DNA of 64,000 nucleotides, taken from positions 1,484 through 65,483 of the forward strand of contig JANYKT010000159.1 of the NCBI GenBank assembly GCA_025358085.1, written 5' to 3'. Both the position numbers and the translations under genes were made by a program. Below are positions 28,130 through 38,230 of the stretch, in pieces (within the stretch, counting starts at the first letter, position 1; every line of letters begins with the position of its first letter). A model generated the notes under the pieces. It did no database searches and was not told where the DNA came from. It saw only the letters and a program-made list of their open reading frames with translations. Source of the DNA: Deltaproteobacteria bacterium. Its GTDB lineage: Bacteria > Myxococcota > Myxococcia > Myxococcales > 40CM-4-68-19.

Positions 28130-28400
28130 CTGGATTCGGCCGCCTGCGGCGAAATGATCTTCCTTCGGCGCGAGCTGCATCACGGTGCTCCCGGGCGGCA
28201 CCGAGGTCGTCAGCCAGACGTTGCCGCCGATGTTCGAGCCGCAGCCGATGGTCACGCGACCCAGGATCGGACGCGCCCGCATAGATGACGACGTCGCCTG
28301 AGATGATTGGGTGGCGGTCGCGTCCCTTCGCGCGGTGCCCGTGCGCGTATTGCGATTCCTCCAGGGGTCGAGGCGATTGGTCACTCGCGGCGCCAGGCAG
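28130..28400 (-). pseudogene. Serine O-acetyltransferase (CysE/EpsC-type) C-terminal remnant
   Basis: KGRDRHPIISGDVVIYAGA, then a +1 frameshift near 28269, then ILGRVTIGCGSNIGGNVWLTTSVPPGSTV. No intact N-terminus. Confidence 0.75.
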
Positions 28401-29063
28401 CGCAAGCACGGCGGCTCGCCAGGATGAGTCATTCGTGCACCGCCTGCGCGCAGAGCGCATTCAGCTCATCGTCTGCGCATCGTTCGCCTCGGCCACCAGC
28501 GTTGCCGGACGCAAGCCCGATGCACGCTCTTGAGCATGAACCCGCCCGCCCGAATTTTTCGCGAGGCCAGCGAGAAGCAAGGACCTCCGTACCTTTTCCA
28601 CAAGTTCACAGGCTCTACTGGTACGCGCAATTGGGATACTTTCATGCATATCAATCGATTCATCCCTGCAGCAGGCGATTGCCTCGCAATCGCGGGTCCC
28701 GCCGCCGCCACCAACGGGATGCGCATGACGGTTTTTTGCCCGGTGCAAAACTCGATGGGCGAGGTTGGCGTAGGCGCCACGCTCGACGGTGCGAGCATGC
28801 TTTCCAATCAGGCGGTCTGACCGAGCAGGAATTCGGCGTTCAACGACCGCTTCCCTCTCAAAATCGCCGTGAACGCGATGCTCGCGCAGATGAAGTGGGA
28901 CGTCGCGAAATGCTTCGAGTCTCGCCCGAGCGGCCCACCGATCTTGCGCGACGTCGCGGCGCTACGTTGTCTCCATGCCGGGAGCGAACACGCCGTCGCA
29001 GCGGCGCTACGGGCCCGGCTGGACGCGGCTGCGGGATCGCGCAACGGGGTGCGGCGTAGGGCC

Positions 29064-29100
29064 AAAAAAAACCGCGCCGGCCCAGGAGGGACGGCGCGGC
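29064..29100 (-). terminator. Rho-independent terminator after the amidase
   Basis: Minus strand CCGCGCCG...CGGCGCGG stem followed by a run of 8 T. Confidence 0.8.
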
Positions 29101-29128
29101 TCTGTTGCGGCTTGGGCTTTGCCGGTCT

Positions 29129-30958
29129 CTACAGGTGATGCATTTGGCGCACGGTGTCGTTGCGCTGGCTGCTCTTTACGCTCGCGTTGCGAGCTCCGTT
29201 GTTGACGGGTTTCGCGACCAGCGGCGGCTCGGCGACGCTGCTGTCCGGGATGTGCTGCAGCAGCTTGGGCAGGTTCTTCGCGCGCGCCTGTGAGACCGCT
29301 TCAAAGCCCGAGGCCAGCGTGATGAGCTTGCCCTCGCTGAATGCCGTGCCGAAGAAGCTGATCCCGAACGGCACGCCGAAGACGTTGCCCGCCGGCACCT
29401 GAACGATGGGATAGCCGGGTCCAGCCGCCAGGCCGGAGGTGCCGAAGAGAAAGTGGTCGCCATAGATGAAATCGGTCGCCCAGGCCGGGTTGTCGGTGGC
29501 AGAGACCACGGCGTCCAGATCGTACTGCTTCAGCACGTCATCCATGCTGACGCCCGCCGCCTGATCGAGGTCGAGCGAGATGTTGTACGAGGCCTTGCCC
29601 TTGGCATCCGAGCCGAAGACTGCCGGGTTCTGCGGGCCGTTCGGGTCGGTGGTGTTGAGCGAGTTGGAGAAGTCGAAGAGATCCTGGCTGAAGAACGGCA
29701 TCTCCGCCGCGGCGTGTGCGTTGTTGAAGTCGATGGCGGTCTGCAACGTCCCGCCCGCCACCGGCACGCCGACGCGGGTGGCGAAGTAGGCCGCCACGTC
29801 ATTCTTGAACTCGTAGTACAGCACGCCCCCTTCGCCGAACGCGGGCGTGAACGCGGCGCCGGCGGCGTCGAGGTCAATCACGGTCGCGCCTGCGTCAGTC
29901 AGCTTCTGGAAGGCCGCGTCGATAGCCGCGAGCACGCCTGGAGGGGTGGCGAAGTAAAAGGGCGGCAAGCCATTGTTATTCACCGAGCCAAAACCGGCGA
30001 GGCCCGCCCTGGTGATGCCGATGCGCGCGCCCATGAGCCCGTTGGGATTGACGAACTTCGTATAGTCGGTGGGGATATCGGCAGGGCGCGGGAAGCGCGC
30101 GCGCCAGCCGAGCGGCACGCTGCCCGTCGCGGCATCGCGACCGTCCGAGGTGCGGCTCTGGATCACGCTGAGCGCGGCGGCGGCGTCGGCCACCGTGCGC
30201 GCGTGCGGCCCCACCGTGTCCTGCGTGTGCGAGATCGGGACGACGCCCGCGCGGCTGGTAAGGCCCACGGTCGGCTTGATTGCCACTACGCCGTTGGCAT
30301 TTCCAGGACAGACGATGCTGCCGTCGGTCTCGCTGCCGAAGGACACCGCGGCGAAGTTCGCCGAGGCGGCGGCGGCCGAGCCCGAGCTGGAGCCGCACGG
30401 ATTAAGGTCCATGAAGTACGCGTTGTGCGTCTGCCCTCCGCGGCCGGACCAGCCGCTGAACGACTCGAACGACCGGAAGTTGGCCCACTCCGAGAGGTTG
30501 GTCTTGCCGAGGATGACGGCGCCGCCGTCGCGCAGGTTCTTGGCGACCGTCGAATCGCGCAGCGCCGGCTGGCCGACCAGCGCGAACGAACCGGCCGAGG
30601 TCTGCATCTTGTCGCCGGTGTCGATGTTGTCCTTGAGGAGCACGGGCAGGCCGTGCAGCGGCCCCAGGACCTTGCCGGCCTTGCGGAGCTTGTCGGCCTT
30701 CCTCGCCATGTCGAGAGCGTCGGGGTTGAGCTCGATGATGGCGTTGACGCCTGGGCCGTTCTCATCGAGCGCGATGATGCGCTTGAGGTAATAGCGGGTC
30801 AGCTCCACCGAGGTGAGCTCGCCCGACGCCATCATCGCCTGGAGCTGCGCGACGGTGGCTTCATTGAATTGGGTGGGGACCGCGTCGTCCTTGCGCTCGG
30901 CGCGGACCGACGATGACGACGCAAGGACCGCGGCGGCAAACAGCAGCTTCATCTTCAT
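29129..30958 (-). CDS. Secreted amidase-signature family enzyme
   Basis: Signal peptide; LLKDNIDT; GKTNLSEW; GSSSGS; GSETDGSIVCP (Ser-cisSer-Lys triad). Confidence 0.93.
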   Translation of the reverse strand: MKMKLLFAAAVLASSSSVRAERKDDAVPTQFNEATVAQLQAMMASGELTSVELTRYYLKRIIALDENGPGVNAIIELNPDALDMARKADKLRKAGKVLGPLHGLPVLLKDNIDTGDKMQTSAGSFALVGQPALRDSTVAKNLRDGGAVILGKTNLSEWANFRSFESFSGWSGRGGQTHNAYFMDLNPCGSSSGSAAAASANFAAVSFGSETDGSIVCPGNANGVVAIKPTVGLTSRAGVVPISHTQDTVGPHARTVADAAAALSVIQSRTSDGRDAATGSVPLGWRARFPRPADIPTDYTKFVNPNGLMGARIGITRAGLAGFGSVNNNGLPPFYFATPPGVLAAIDAAFQKLTDAGATVIDLDAAGAAFTPAFGEGGVLYYEFKNDVAAYFATRVGVPVAGGTLQTAIDFNNAHAAAEMPFFSQDLFDFSNSLNTTDPNGPQNPAVFGSDAKGKASYNISLDLDQAAGVSMDDVLKQYDLDAVVSATDNPAWATDFIYGDHFLFGTSGLAAGPGYPIVQVPAGNVFGVPFGISFFGTAFSEGKLITLASGFEAVSQARAKNLPKLLQHIPDSSVAEPPLVAKPVNNGARNASVKSSQRNDTVRQMHHL

Positions 30959-31029
30959 GTAGTGCCTCCTCCTGAAACAGAGGCGGTGAACTCAGCGCGC
31001 CGGACGACGCGAAGTCAACACGCGCAGCG

Positions 31030-31857
31030 TCAGCGCGAGTGCATCAGGGGCTCGAAAGCGCGTTCGATGGAGGCAAACTCTTCCACGCTGAGCGTCTCTG
31101 CGCGGCGCATCGGGTCGATTCCTGCTTTGCTGAGCGCCTCGCGCGCACCGGCGAGGGGCTTGATTGAATTCCAGACAGTCTTGCGCCGCTGCTGGAACGC
31201 GGCTTTGACCAGCACGCGGAAGCGCTTCTCGTCGATGACCTTCGCGCGCGGCTCGGGAAGGAAGTCGAGCACCAGCGCCGAACTCTCCACCTCCGGCGGC
31301 GGCGTAAAGGCGGTGCGCGGGACCTCGAGCCCGATGCGCGTGTCGGCGACGTGCTGGACCAATACGCTGAGGAGACCGTAGGTGCGGCTGCCGGGCGGCT
31401 CGGCCACGCGAACTGCCACCTCGCGCTGCAGCAGCAGCACCGCGCGGCGCAGCGCCTTCCGCTGATCGAGCAGGTGGAAGAGGATGGGCGAGCTCAAGTG
31501 GTACGGCAGGTTCCCGCAGAGGACGATGGGCTTGCCGGCGCGGTCCGCGATTGCCTGCAGGTCGAAGGATTTCGCGTCGGCCTCGACCACTTCGACGCCG
31601 GGAAGCTCCTCGCGGAGAATGGGCGCGAGCTCGCGATCGCGCTCGACCGCGATGACGTGGGCGCCGGTGGCCGCGAGCGCGCGCGTGAAGTGGCCGAGGC
31701 CGGCACCCAGCTCGACCACGGTGTCGCCCGCTTGCGCGCCGGAAAGCGCGGCCAGTTCTTCGAGGATGTCCTCGTCGCCGAGGAAGTTCTGGCCCCAGTC
31801 CTTCTTGGGAACCAGGTGGTGCTTGCGGAGCAGCTGCGCAGGATTCAAAGCCGCCAT
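31030..31857 (-). CDS. rsmA: 16S rRNA m6,2A dimethyltransferase
   Basis: KKDWGQNFL, VELGAGLG, GNLPYHLSSPIL, YGLLSV, FTPPPEVES, RRKT, RAETL. Confidence 0.96.
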   Translation of the reverse strand: MAALNPAQLLRKHHLVPKKDWGQNFLGDEDILEELAALSGAQAGDTVVELGAGLGHFTRALAATGAHVIAVERDRELAPILREELPGVEVVEADAKSFDLQAIADRAGKPIVLCGNLPYHLSSPILFHLLDQRKALRRAVLLLQREVAVRVAEPPGSRTYGLLSVLVQHVADTRIGLEVPRTAFTPPPEVESSALVLDFLPEPRAKVIDEKRFRVLVKAAFQQRRKTVWNSIKPLAGAREALSKAGIDPMRRAETLSVEEFASIERAFEPLMHSR

Positions 31858-32873
31858 CCAGGGTCGGCGGAGAGGTTTGCGCTCGGCTCCGACCACCGCT
31901 CGCCGCGGGCCAGGTGCGAGGCGCCGGCCATGGCAATCATCGCGCCGTTGTCGGTGCAGAGCCGCGGCGGCGGCAAAAAGAGCGCGATGCCCTCGGCGGT
32001 GCAGCGCTCGTGCGCCAGCGCGCGCAGGCGGGAATTGGCCGCCACGCCGCCGCAGAGCACCAGCTGCGTCAGCCCGGCGTGCTTCGCGGCGCGGACCGCG
32101 CGGAGGGTGAGCGCGTCGCAGACGGCTTCCTGGAAAGACGCGCACAGGTCGGGCAGCGCGTCGTCGCGGTGCGAAGCGACGTGCGTGGCGACCGCGGTCT
32201 TGAGGCCGCTGAAGGAGAAATCGAAGACGTCGCGCCGCTTGCGGGAGAGCCCGCGCGGGAAGGCGAAGGCCCTGCGGTCGCCGTCTTTCGATAACGAATC
32301 GATAACCGCGCCGCCCGGGTACGGTAACCCGAGCAGCTTGGCAACTTTATCGAAAGCCTCGCCGGCCGCGTCGTCGAGCGTGTGGCCGAGCGCGCGGTAT
32401 TCGCCAATGCGGCTGACCGCGTAGAGCGAGGTGTGGCCGCCCGAGACCACCAGGCCAAGGAAGGGCGGCGCGGGCGCGTCGTCCGACAGCAGCACCGCCA
32501 GCAGGTGCCCTTCGAGGTGGTTGACGCCCACCAGCGGCTTTCCTGTGGCAAAGGCGAAAGACTTCGCGACCTGCACGCCGACCAGGAGCGCGCCGATCAG
32601 CCCCGGACCGCGCGTGACACTGATGCCGTCGATCTCGTCCAGGGTGACCCCGGCGCCGCGCAGCGCTTCATCGATGACCGGAAGCACCCGCTGCAGGTGG
32701 TCACGCGAGGCAAGCTCGGGGACGACGCCGCCGAAGCGCGCGTGGGTGGCGGCCTGCGTGTGGACGATGTCCGAGAGCGCGCGGCCGCGCGGGCGCTCAC
32801 TCGCGGCGTTCTCCACAGCGACGACGGCGCAGGCCGTTTCGTCGCAGCTCGTCTCCAGTCCCAGGATCAGCAC
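31845..32873 (-). CDS. tsaD: tRNA N6-threonylcarbamoyladenosine synthesis protein
   Basis: LGLETSCDET, GGVVPELASRDH, VNHLEGH, VSGGHT, DDAAGEAFDK, GGVAANSRLR, CTDNGAMIA. Confidence 0.97.
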   Translation of the reverse strand: MLILGLETSCDETACAVVAVENAASERPRGRALSDIVHTQAATHARFGGVVPELASRDHLQRVLPVIDEALRGAGVTLDEIDGISVTRGPGLIGALLVGVQVAKSFAFATGKPLVGVNHLEGHLLAVLLSDDAPAPPFLGLVVSGGHTSLYAVSRIGEYRALGHTLDDAAGEAFDKVAKLLGLPYPGGAVIDSLSKDGDRRAFAFPRGLSRKRRDVFDFSFSGLKTAVATHVASHRDDALPDLCASFQEAVCDALTLRAVRAAKHAGLTQLVLCGGVAANSRLRALAHERCTAEGIALFLPPPRLCTDNGAMIAMAGASHLARGERWSEPSANLSADPGWRL

Positions 32874-32889
32874 GGGCGGCGTTGTATCG

Positions 32890-35556
32890 TCAGGGTGCCA
32901 GATTTGCGAGGATGCTGCGCACGTCGCGTGAGAACTCGCCCGCCGGATCGAGTGCGAGGTAGCGCTGGTAGGCCTTCACTGCCTCGGGATTCTTGCCCAG
33001 GCTCTGCCAGGCGGTGCCGAGCAGCAGCTGGGCACGGCCGCTCCTCGGGTCCAGCGCAGCGGCCTTTTGCAGCGGCTTCAGCGCGTTCCGGGGCGCGTCG
33101 CCTTCGAGCCAGGCGTCGCCGAGCGCGAGCAGTGCCGGGACCGACTCTGGATTGTGCTTCAAGGCGACCTTGAACTCGATGGCGGCCTGGCGGTAGCGGC
33201 CGCGCTTGAGGAGCTTTTCTCCAGTGTCGAGCGCCCGGGCGTAGTCGTCGGTCTCCGGTGCCGGGGTCAGGCTGGCAGCGGCGACGGGGAGCGCGCCGGG
33301 CGCTGCATCGCCCGCCTTCGGAGGCTGGGCGGGGGCGACATTTCCGGGCAACGGAGCGATCGCTTGCGCGGGGACAGCCTGCAACGCGCGAGTCGCCGGC
33401 ACCGAAGATTGAATCATTGAAGATGACGTCGCTCGGTCCACTTTCGCGGAAGCTGGTGTCGCGGGCGCGCTGGGCTCTGCGCCGACCAGCCACGGTGAGT
33501 CCTTCTTGTCCGTCGCCGGCTGGGGGCGCAGCAGGAAAACGAGCGCAGCCGCGGCAGCGACCGCTCCAGCTGCCCACGGCCAGCGGCGGCGGTGGCTCGA
33601 GGCCGCGCCGACGTCGGCCTTGAGATCGTCGGCTTCCGAGGGAGCGGCCGGAGCCATGGCGACTTCTGCGGCCGCGGCGCGCTGCGCAACTACAGGCTCG
33701 ACAAGAGCGGGCGCGGCAAGAGCAGGCGCGGCAAGGGCGCGCGCGGCAAGTGCGGGCACAGCGGACGGTGCGCCCGCGACCTGCTCCGAGGCGAGCGAGG
33801 GAGCTTGATCTCCTGCTGCTGCGGCGCGAGCACCTGGAGGCGCAACGGTCTCAACGTGCAGAGCGGCCCCCGGTCGAGCAACTTCCAGACCGGCCGCGGG
33901 CGCAGCAAGCTCACGAGCAGCCTTTCGCGCAGCTGCCTCGCCATCGTCTGCCGGCGTTGACGTTTCCGGGGGCGAGGAAAGCGCCGCGACCTCGGCGGAT
34001 GCTGCCTGGGCGAACTCCAACTCCGGAAACGACGCGGAAGACTGTTCGTCGTCAGCGCCGGACGGCGGCGCGAACCCGGTCGCCTGGGGCGCGCGGAAGC
34101 CCGGGTCAGTAGCCACCTCCGACAGCGGCACCTCCGGGGCGAGCGCGACGTCTTTGCGGGTGAAGCCCTGCAGCGCCGCCACCGGCAAATCAGGCGCAAA
34201 CTTTCTCGCCGCCTCGCCCACCGCGGGCGACATGCGGCGGACGCCGGGCGAGAGTTCATCCGCGCCCCCGGAGCGGAAGACTGGGAGCTCGACGACGCGA
34301 GAGAGACGCAGCACCCCGCCCGCGGTGAGTTGGGCGCGCGCCTCGTCCGCCTCGCGCCGCAGCCGCTCGCGACGGACACCGCGCAAGGGAGGAAAGCGCA
34401 CCAGCTCAAGAGTCTTGACTGGCGCAGCGTGCGACTCCGCGAGGGCGGCGGTTGGCGCGAGCAGAACTGGGGCAACTTGCGATCGGTCCGGCGGCCGCGG
34501 ATCACTCGCGCGCTCGTCGTCCGGCGAAAAGACGAACCCGCTTCGCTCGGGCGGCGGCGCGGACACCAGCGCGGCACCCAGCCATTGCTGCAAGGATGGC
34601 TTCTGCAGCGGCGCGCGCGCCCTGGTGTTTCGCAAAATGCTGTCGGCGATCAGGCGCTGCACCACCGCGAGTGTGCTGAGATCGTCGAGTGGAGAGTCGT
34701 CGAGTGCCTGACCCAGCGACCGCTTTCCGTCGAAGAGCTTGAGGATCCCGTTCACCTCATCGGGCAGTTCGCCGAGCTTCTGCGCCAGCACGGCAATCTC
34801 CACCGCGAGCCGGGTGTCGAGCGGTAAAGTCTCGAGCGCGCGGCCCAGCTCGTCGACACGCCGCATCGCCTCCATCAGCAGGCCCGCGGTGCCGAGGTCG
34901 AGCACCGCTTCGCGCGCGACTGCGCCGAACTCGACGCGGAAAGAGCCAGTCTCCCAATTGAGCACGCGATAGAAAGCCGCCTCACCGCTCAGCGGGGCCG
35001 CCGCGGCGTCGATGACTTGCCCGTCGCGCACCCAGACCACCGCCGCGCGGCCCTCGCTTTCGCAGGACACGGTTGCGCTCTTGCGCCAGTTGTCGAGCGA
35101 CTGGAAGAGATCGACCAGGCCCAGCTCGCCCAGCGTTCCGGTGAGCGCAGCGGGCGACTCGCGCTGCGCGTTGCGCTGCGTCTCGCGGCGCTCGAGCAGC
35201 AGGCGCACGCGGGTCACCAGCTCTTTGATGAGCAGCGGCTTGGCGAGGAAGTCGTCGGCGCCCGCCTCGATGACCCGCGCCTGTTGCGAGGGTGTCTTGT
35301 CCGCGCTCGTCATCAGGATGAGCATGCCGGCGATGCGCTCATCCGCCCGCACGGCGCGGCAGAGCGAGAGGCCGTCCTGTCCGGGCAGTGTCACCTCGCA
35401 GACCACCAGGTCGGGCGGGCTGCGCTGGATGCGGCGGAGAGCTTCGGCGCCGTCCACCGCGGTGGCAACGGTGAAGCCGGCCTTGCGCAGCGCCACTTCC
35501 AGGATCCGCAGGCTGCGGGGGTCCGCGTCAGCAACGAGCAGGCTCTGCTTTGCCAA
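32890..35556 (-). CDS. Receiver (atypical)-DUF4388-low-complexity linker-TM-TPR protein
   Basis: N-terminal receiver; LTGTLGELGLVDLFQ (DUF4388-like); Ala/Pro/Glu linker; TM segment; C-terminal TPRs. Confidence 0.8.
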   Translation of the reverse strand: MAKQSLLVADADPRSLRILEVALRKAGFTVATAVDGAEALRRIQRSPPDLVVCEVTLPGQDGLSLCRAVRADERIAGMLILMTSADKTPSQQARVIEAGADDFLAKPLLIKELVTRVRLLLERRETQRNAQRESPAALTGTLGELGLVDLFQSLDNWRKSATVSCESEGRAAVVWVRDGQVIDAAAAPLSGEAAFYRVLNWETGSFRVEFGAVAREAVLDLGTAGLLMEAMRRVDELGRALETLPLDTRLAVEIAVLAQKLGELPDEVNGILKLFDGKRSLGQALDDSPLDDLSTLAVVQRLIADSILRNTRARAPLQKPSLQQWLGAALVSAPPPERSGFVFSPDDERASDPRPPDRSQVAPVLLAPTAALAESHAAPVKTLELVRFPPLRGVRRERLRREADEARAQLTAGGVLRLSRVVELPVFRSGGADELSPGVRRMSPAVGEAARKFAPDLPVAALQGFTRKDVALAPEVPLSEVATDPGFRAPQATGFAPPSGADDEQSSASFPELEFAQAASAEVAALSSPPETSTPADDGEAAARKAARELAAPAAGLEVARPGAALHVETVAPPGARAAAAGDQAPSLASEQVAGAPSAVPALAARALAAPALAAPALVEPVVAQRAAAAEVAMAPAAPSEADDLKADVGAASSHRRRWPWAAGAVAAAAALVFLLRPQPATDKKDSPWLVGAEPSAPATPASAKVDRATSSSMIQSSVPATRALQAVPAQAIAPLPGNVAPAQPPKAGDAAPGALPVAAASLTPAPETDDYARALDTGEKLLKRGRYRQAAIEFKVALKHNPESVPALLALGDAWLEGDAPRNALKPLQKAAALDPRSGRAQLLLGTAWQSLGKNPEAVKAYQRYLALDPAGEFSRDVRSILANLAP

Positions 35557-35625
35557 GGTGACTCTCGCGCCAGAGAAGGGCGAACATCGTCCCCCTGCCG
35601 TCCAAGCGCTGTCAATCGAAAGCGG

Positions 35626-37677
35626 CTACTTGCGCTTGCCGAACAGCAGGCCCGACAGCACGCCACCGCCGGGCTTTTGCGCCTTGCCCCGGCGCGACTC
35701 CAACAAGCGCAGCTCCAGCGACGCGTCCGGATGATTTGCGTCCAGCTCCAGCGCCTTGCGAAACGCGTCCACCGCCGAGTCCGGATCGCGGGTACGCCAG
35801 ATCACGCCCGCCACATAGTAGGTCCGCGCGGTCAGCCCAGGCGCGCGCAGGGCGCGATTGACCAGCGCCGCCGCCTCCTCCTTGGCCGCGGGCACCTGCT
35901 TGGGGTCGCAGATCAGGCCCCACGCCAGCGCCGCCAGGGCGTCCGCGTTCGGTTCGAGTTCAACCGCGCGACGCAACTTGAGGAGCGCGGCATCGAAGTC
36001 GCGCTTCTTCAGCAGCGCATCGCCCTGCTTGAGCGCCGTAGCCGCCTCGTCCTTGCGTGAGGCGGGCTTGGCCGCCTCTCTCCGGACCTTCTCTGCTGCG
36101 TCGTAGCGCGCGCGCACCTCGGCGGTGGCGATCAGGTCGTAAGCGTCCTTCATCCAGCTGAAGAGGGTCTGCAATTCGGCCTGCAGCGGCTCGAGACCAG
36201 GCGACGTGCTGGCGCGGTCGGGGTGGTACCGCTTCGCGGCCTGGAGGTAGCCAGCCTTGATCTGATCGCTGCTGCTCTGCTGCGTCAGATTGAGCCGCTC
36301 GTAGGCGGTCTGCGCGGGCGCGGCGCGCAGCCGGGCGCGAACCTCCTCCACGAACTTGCGCTCGTCCGCACTGAGCGCGCTGACGGCGACGAGGCCCGCG
36401 GCTGGCGTCTCGTCGATGACCGCACCCCGCGCGGCCGGCTCCTGCGGACCGGGCAGGGAGCCCAGGTTCCGCAGTCCCCTCTGCAGCAACCTCTTGCGCA
36501 TCTCCTTGCCGCGCGCATCGTCCGGTCGGGGCGACTGGCTCTCGAGACCCGGCGGCGGCTCGTCGGGGCTGCCGCCGAAGTGCGAGGACGCAGGCCTTTC
36601 AAGAGGAGCCGAAGGCGGGTCGTCAGGCGAGAGGTCCAGTTCCTCGTGCGGCGAAGACTGGGCCTGCCGGCTCGAGGCAGGGGGCGCGCTTAGATCTTCG
36701 ATCGAGAGAGAGTCGAGCCGTGCGAACGCCTCCTGCTCGTTGACCGGATTGGGTCTCGAGTCAGGTTCTTGAAGGTGGGCACCGGACTGCTGCTCCAGGG
36801 CCTCGGAAAGCCCGCGCACGGGGAACGTCTCCAGCTCCTCGGGCGGCAGCGGCTCGAGTTCGGTCGAGGCGTCGAGTGGCAGCTCCTCCATGAGAAGTTC
36901 ATCGGCCGGGGGTTCGCCCTCCGCTGGCTGGGTCGAAAGACCCGGCTGCGGCTCCACCCCGCCCGCCAACAACAGCGCGGCCAGCAGCGCTTCAGCCCGG
37001 CTCAACGGAAGCCGCGAGGCCTGGACGAATTCGCTCAATCGCCGCGGCAGCGCCAGCAGCGCCGCGGCTCGCCGGTCGATGGGGAGCAGGTCGATGCGGC
37101 CCTGTAGTTCGGGCCAGTCCACCGAGAGCCGCGCTGCGCTGTCGCCCAGCCAGGCCATGATGCGCTGCCGGCGCGGCGCGGCCTGCTCGGCTTCCAGCGC
37201 ATCGACGATGCAGCCCACCGGGTCGATCAGCACCTCCCGTGCCCAGGCCGGCGGTGGCTCCCAGCCGCGCCAGTCGTACCTGCCCGAGGTCAGCGAGAGG
37301 ACGGTGGCGAGGTTTTTTCGATGCTGCGCGGCCAGCGCGGAGCGCAGCTGCTCAGGGGTGAGCAGGCCTTGCTCCACCAGCACCTCGCCGTGGCGCCTGC
37401 GCTGCACTTCAGCCACACCCCGGCTCGAATCGATGTCCAGCGCGTTGACCCAGTCGTTGATCAACAGGACATGCGCGAGCGTCTGGAAGCCCGAGAACGA
37501 GCCAGTGCCGCACATATCCCCGGCTCGGAAGAAGAGGCGAATCTCGGAGCCGTCCCGGGTCTCGAGCCAGAGCGTCCCGCTGGCGCGCGACCGGAAAACC
37601 GCGGCCACCAACTCTGGTGCGCTCGTCTCGGCCAGCTCTCCCTGAGCAAGCGAAGGCAGGAGCTCGAACGTGTCCAC
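35626..37677 (-). CDS. DUF4388-like / J-domain (DnaJ) / TPR protein
   Basis: N-terminal GELAETSAPELV; J-domain AYERL...AAKRYHPD; C-terminal TPRs. Confidence 0.8.
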   Translation of the reverse strand: MDTFELLPSLAQGELAETSAPELVAAVFRSRASGTLWLETRDGSEIRLFFRAGDMCGTGSFSGFQTLAHVLLINDWVNALDIDSSRGVAEVQRRRHGEVLVEQGLLTPEQLRSALAAQHRKNLATVLSLTSGRYDWRGWEPPPAWAREVLIDPVGCIVDALEAEQAAPRRQRIMAWLGDSAARLSVDWPELQGRIDLLPIDRRAAALLALPRRLSEFVQASRLPLSRAEALLAALLLAGGVEPQPGLSTQPAEGEPPADELLMEELPLDASTELEPLPPEELETFPVRGLSEALEQQSGAHLQEPDSRPNPVNEQEAFARLDSLSIEDLSAPPASSRQAQSSPHEELDLSPDDPPSAPLERPASSHFGGSPDEPPPGLESQSPRPDDARGKEMRKRLLQRGLRNLGSLPGPQEPAARGAVIDETPAAGLVAVSALSADERKFVEEVRARLRAAPAQTAYERLNLTQQSSSDQIKAGYLQAAKRYHPDRASTSPGLEPLQAELQTLFSWMKDAYDLIATAEVRARYDAAEKVRREAAKPASRKDEAATALKQGDALLKKRDFDAALLKLRRAVELEPNADALAALAWGLICDPKQVPAAKEEAAALVNRALRAPGLTARTYYVAGVIWRTRDPDSAVDAFRKALELDANHPDASLELRLLESRRGKAQKPGGGVLSGLLFGKRK

Positions 37678-37686
37678 GCTGCCACT

Positions 37687-38184
37687 CTACCCCGAGTTCG
37701 AGGGCCGCGCGGGCGGAACTTGCCGCGCCCCTTCTACCTGCCTGAGCGCTTCATAGAGGACAATCCCGGTGCAGGTGGAGAGATTCAGGCTGCGCGCGGA
37801 CGGATTGGCGATCATCGGCACCCGCACCGTCCGGTCGGCGTAGTAGGTCAGCAACGCCTCGGGCAGGCCACGCGCTTCTTCGCCGAGCACCAGAAAGTCG
37901 CCGGCGCGGAACCGGGCTTGCCAGAGCGTGCAGCGAGCGCGCGCGGTAAATAAATGCAGGCGCTCGGGAGCAACACTTTCGCTCTCCAACAGCTCCTCGA
38001 ACGAGGCATGCGTCGAGGCGTGGACCTTGTCCCAGTAGTCCAGGCCCGCACGGCGCAGGAGCTTGTCATCGAGCGAGAAGCCGAGGGGCGCGATCAGGTG
38101 CAGCCGCGATCCCGTCACCGCGCAGAGCCGCGCGACGTTGCCGGTGTTGGGCGGAATCTGTGGCTGCACCAGCACCACGTTCAT
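37687..38184 (-). CDS. trmL: tRNA (cytidine/uridine(34)-2'-O)-methyltransferase
   Basis: PQIPPNTGNVARLC, RRAGLDYW, LGEEARGLP, RSLNLS. Confidence 0.93.
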   Translation of the reverse strand: MNVVLVQPQIPPNTGNVARLCAVTGSRLHLIAPLGFSLDDKLLRRAGLDYWDKVHASTHASFEELLESESVAPERLHLFTARARCTLWQARFRAGDFLVLGEEARGLPEALLTYYADRTVRVPMIANPSARSLNLSTCTGIVLYEALRQVEGARQVPPARPSNSG

Positions 38185-38230
38185 CGGGATTGCTGGCTCG
38201 ATGTTCCAGTCTGCGGTATGCGCGTCGGTC

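Noticed and set aside
28530-29138. Second possible Sec readthrough: ORFs 28530-28820 and 28869-29138 are in frame across GTC-TGA-CC
   Set aside because: No xxC redox motif, no convincing hairpin at the 11-nt spacing, no recognisable family, and the downstream part runs through a terminator.
33703-33757. 15-bp near-repeats
   Set aside because: Encode low-complexity ALAAP linker repeats within a protein.
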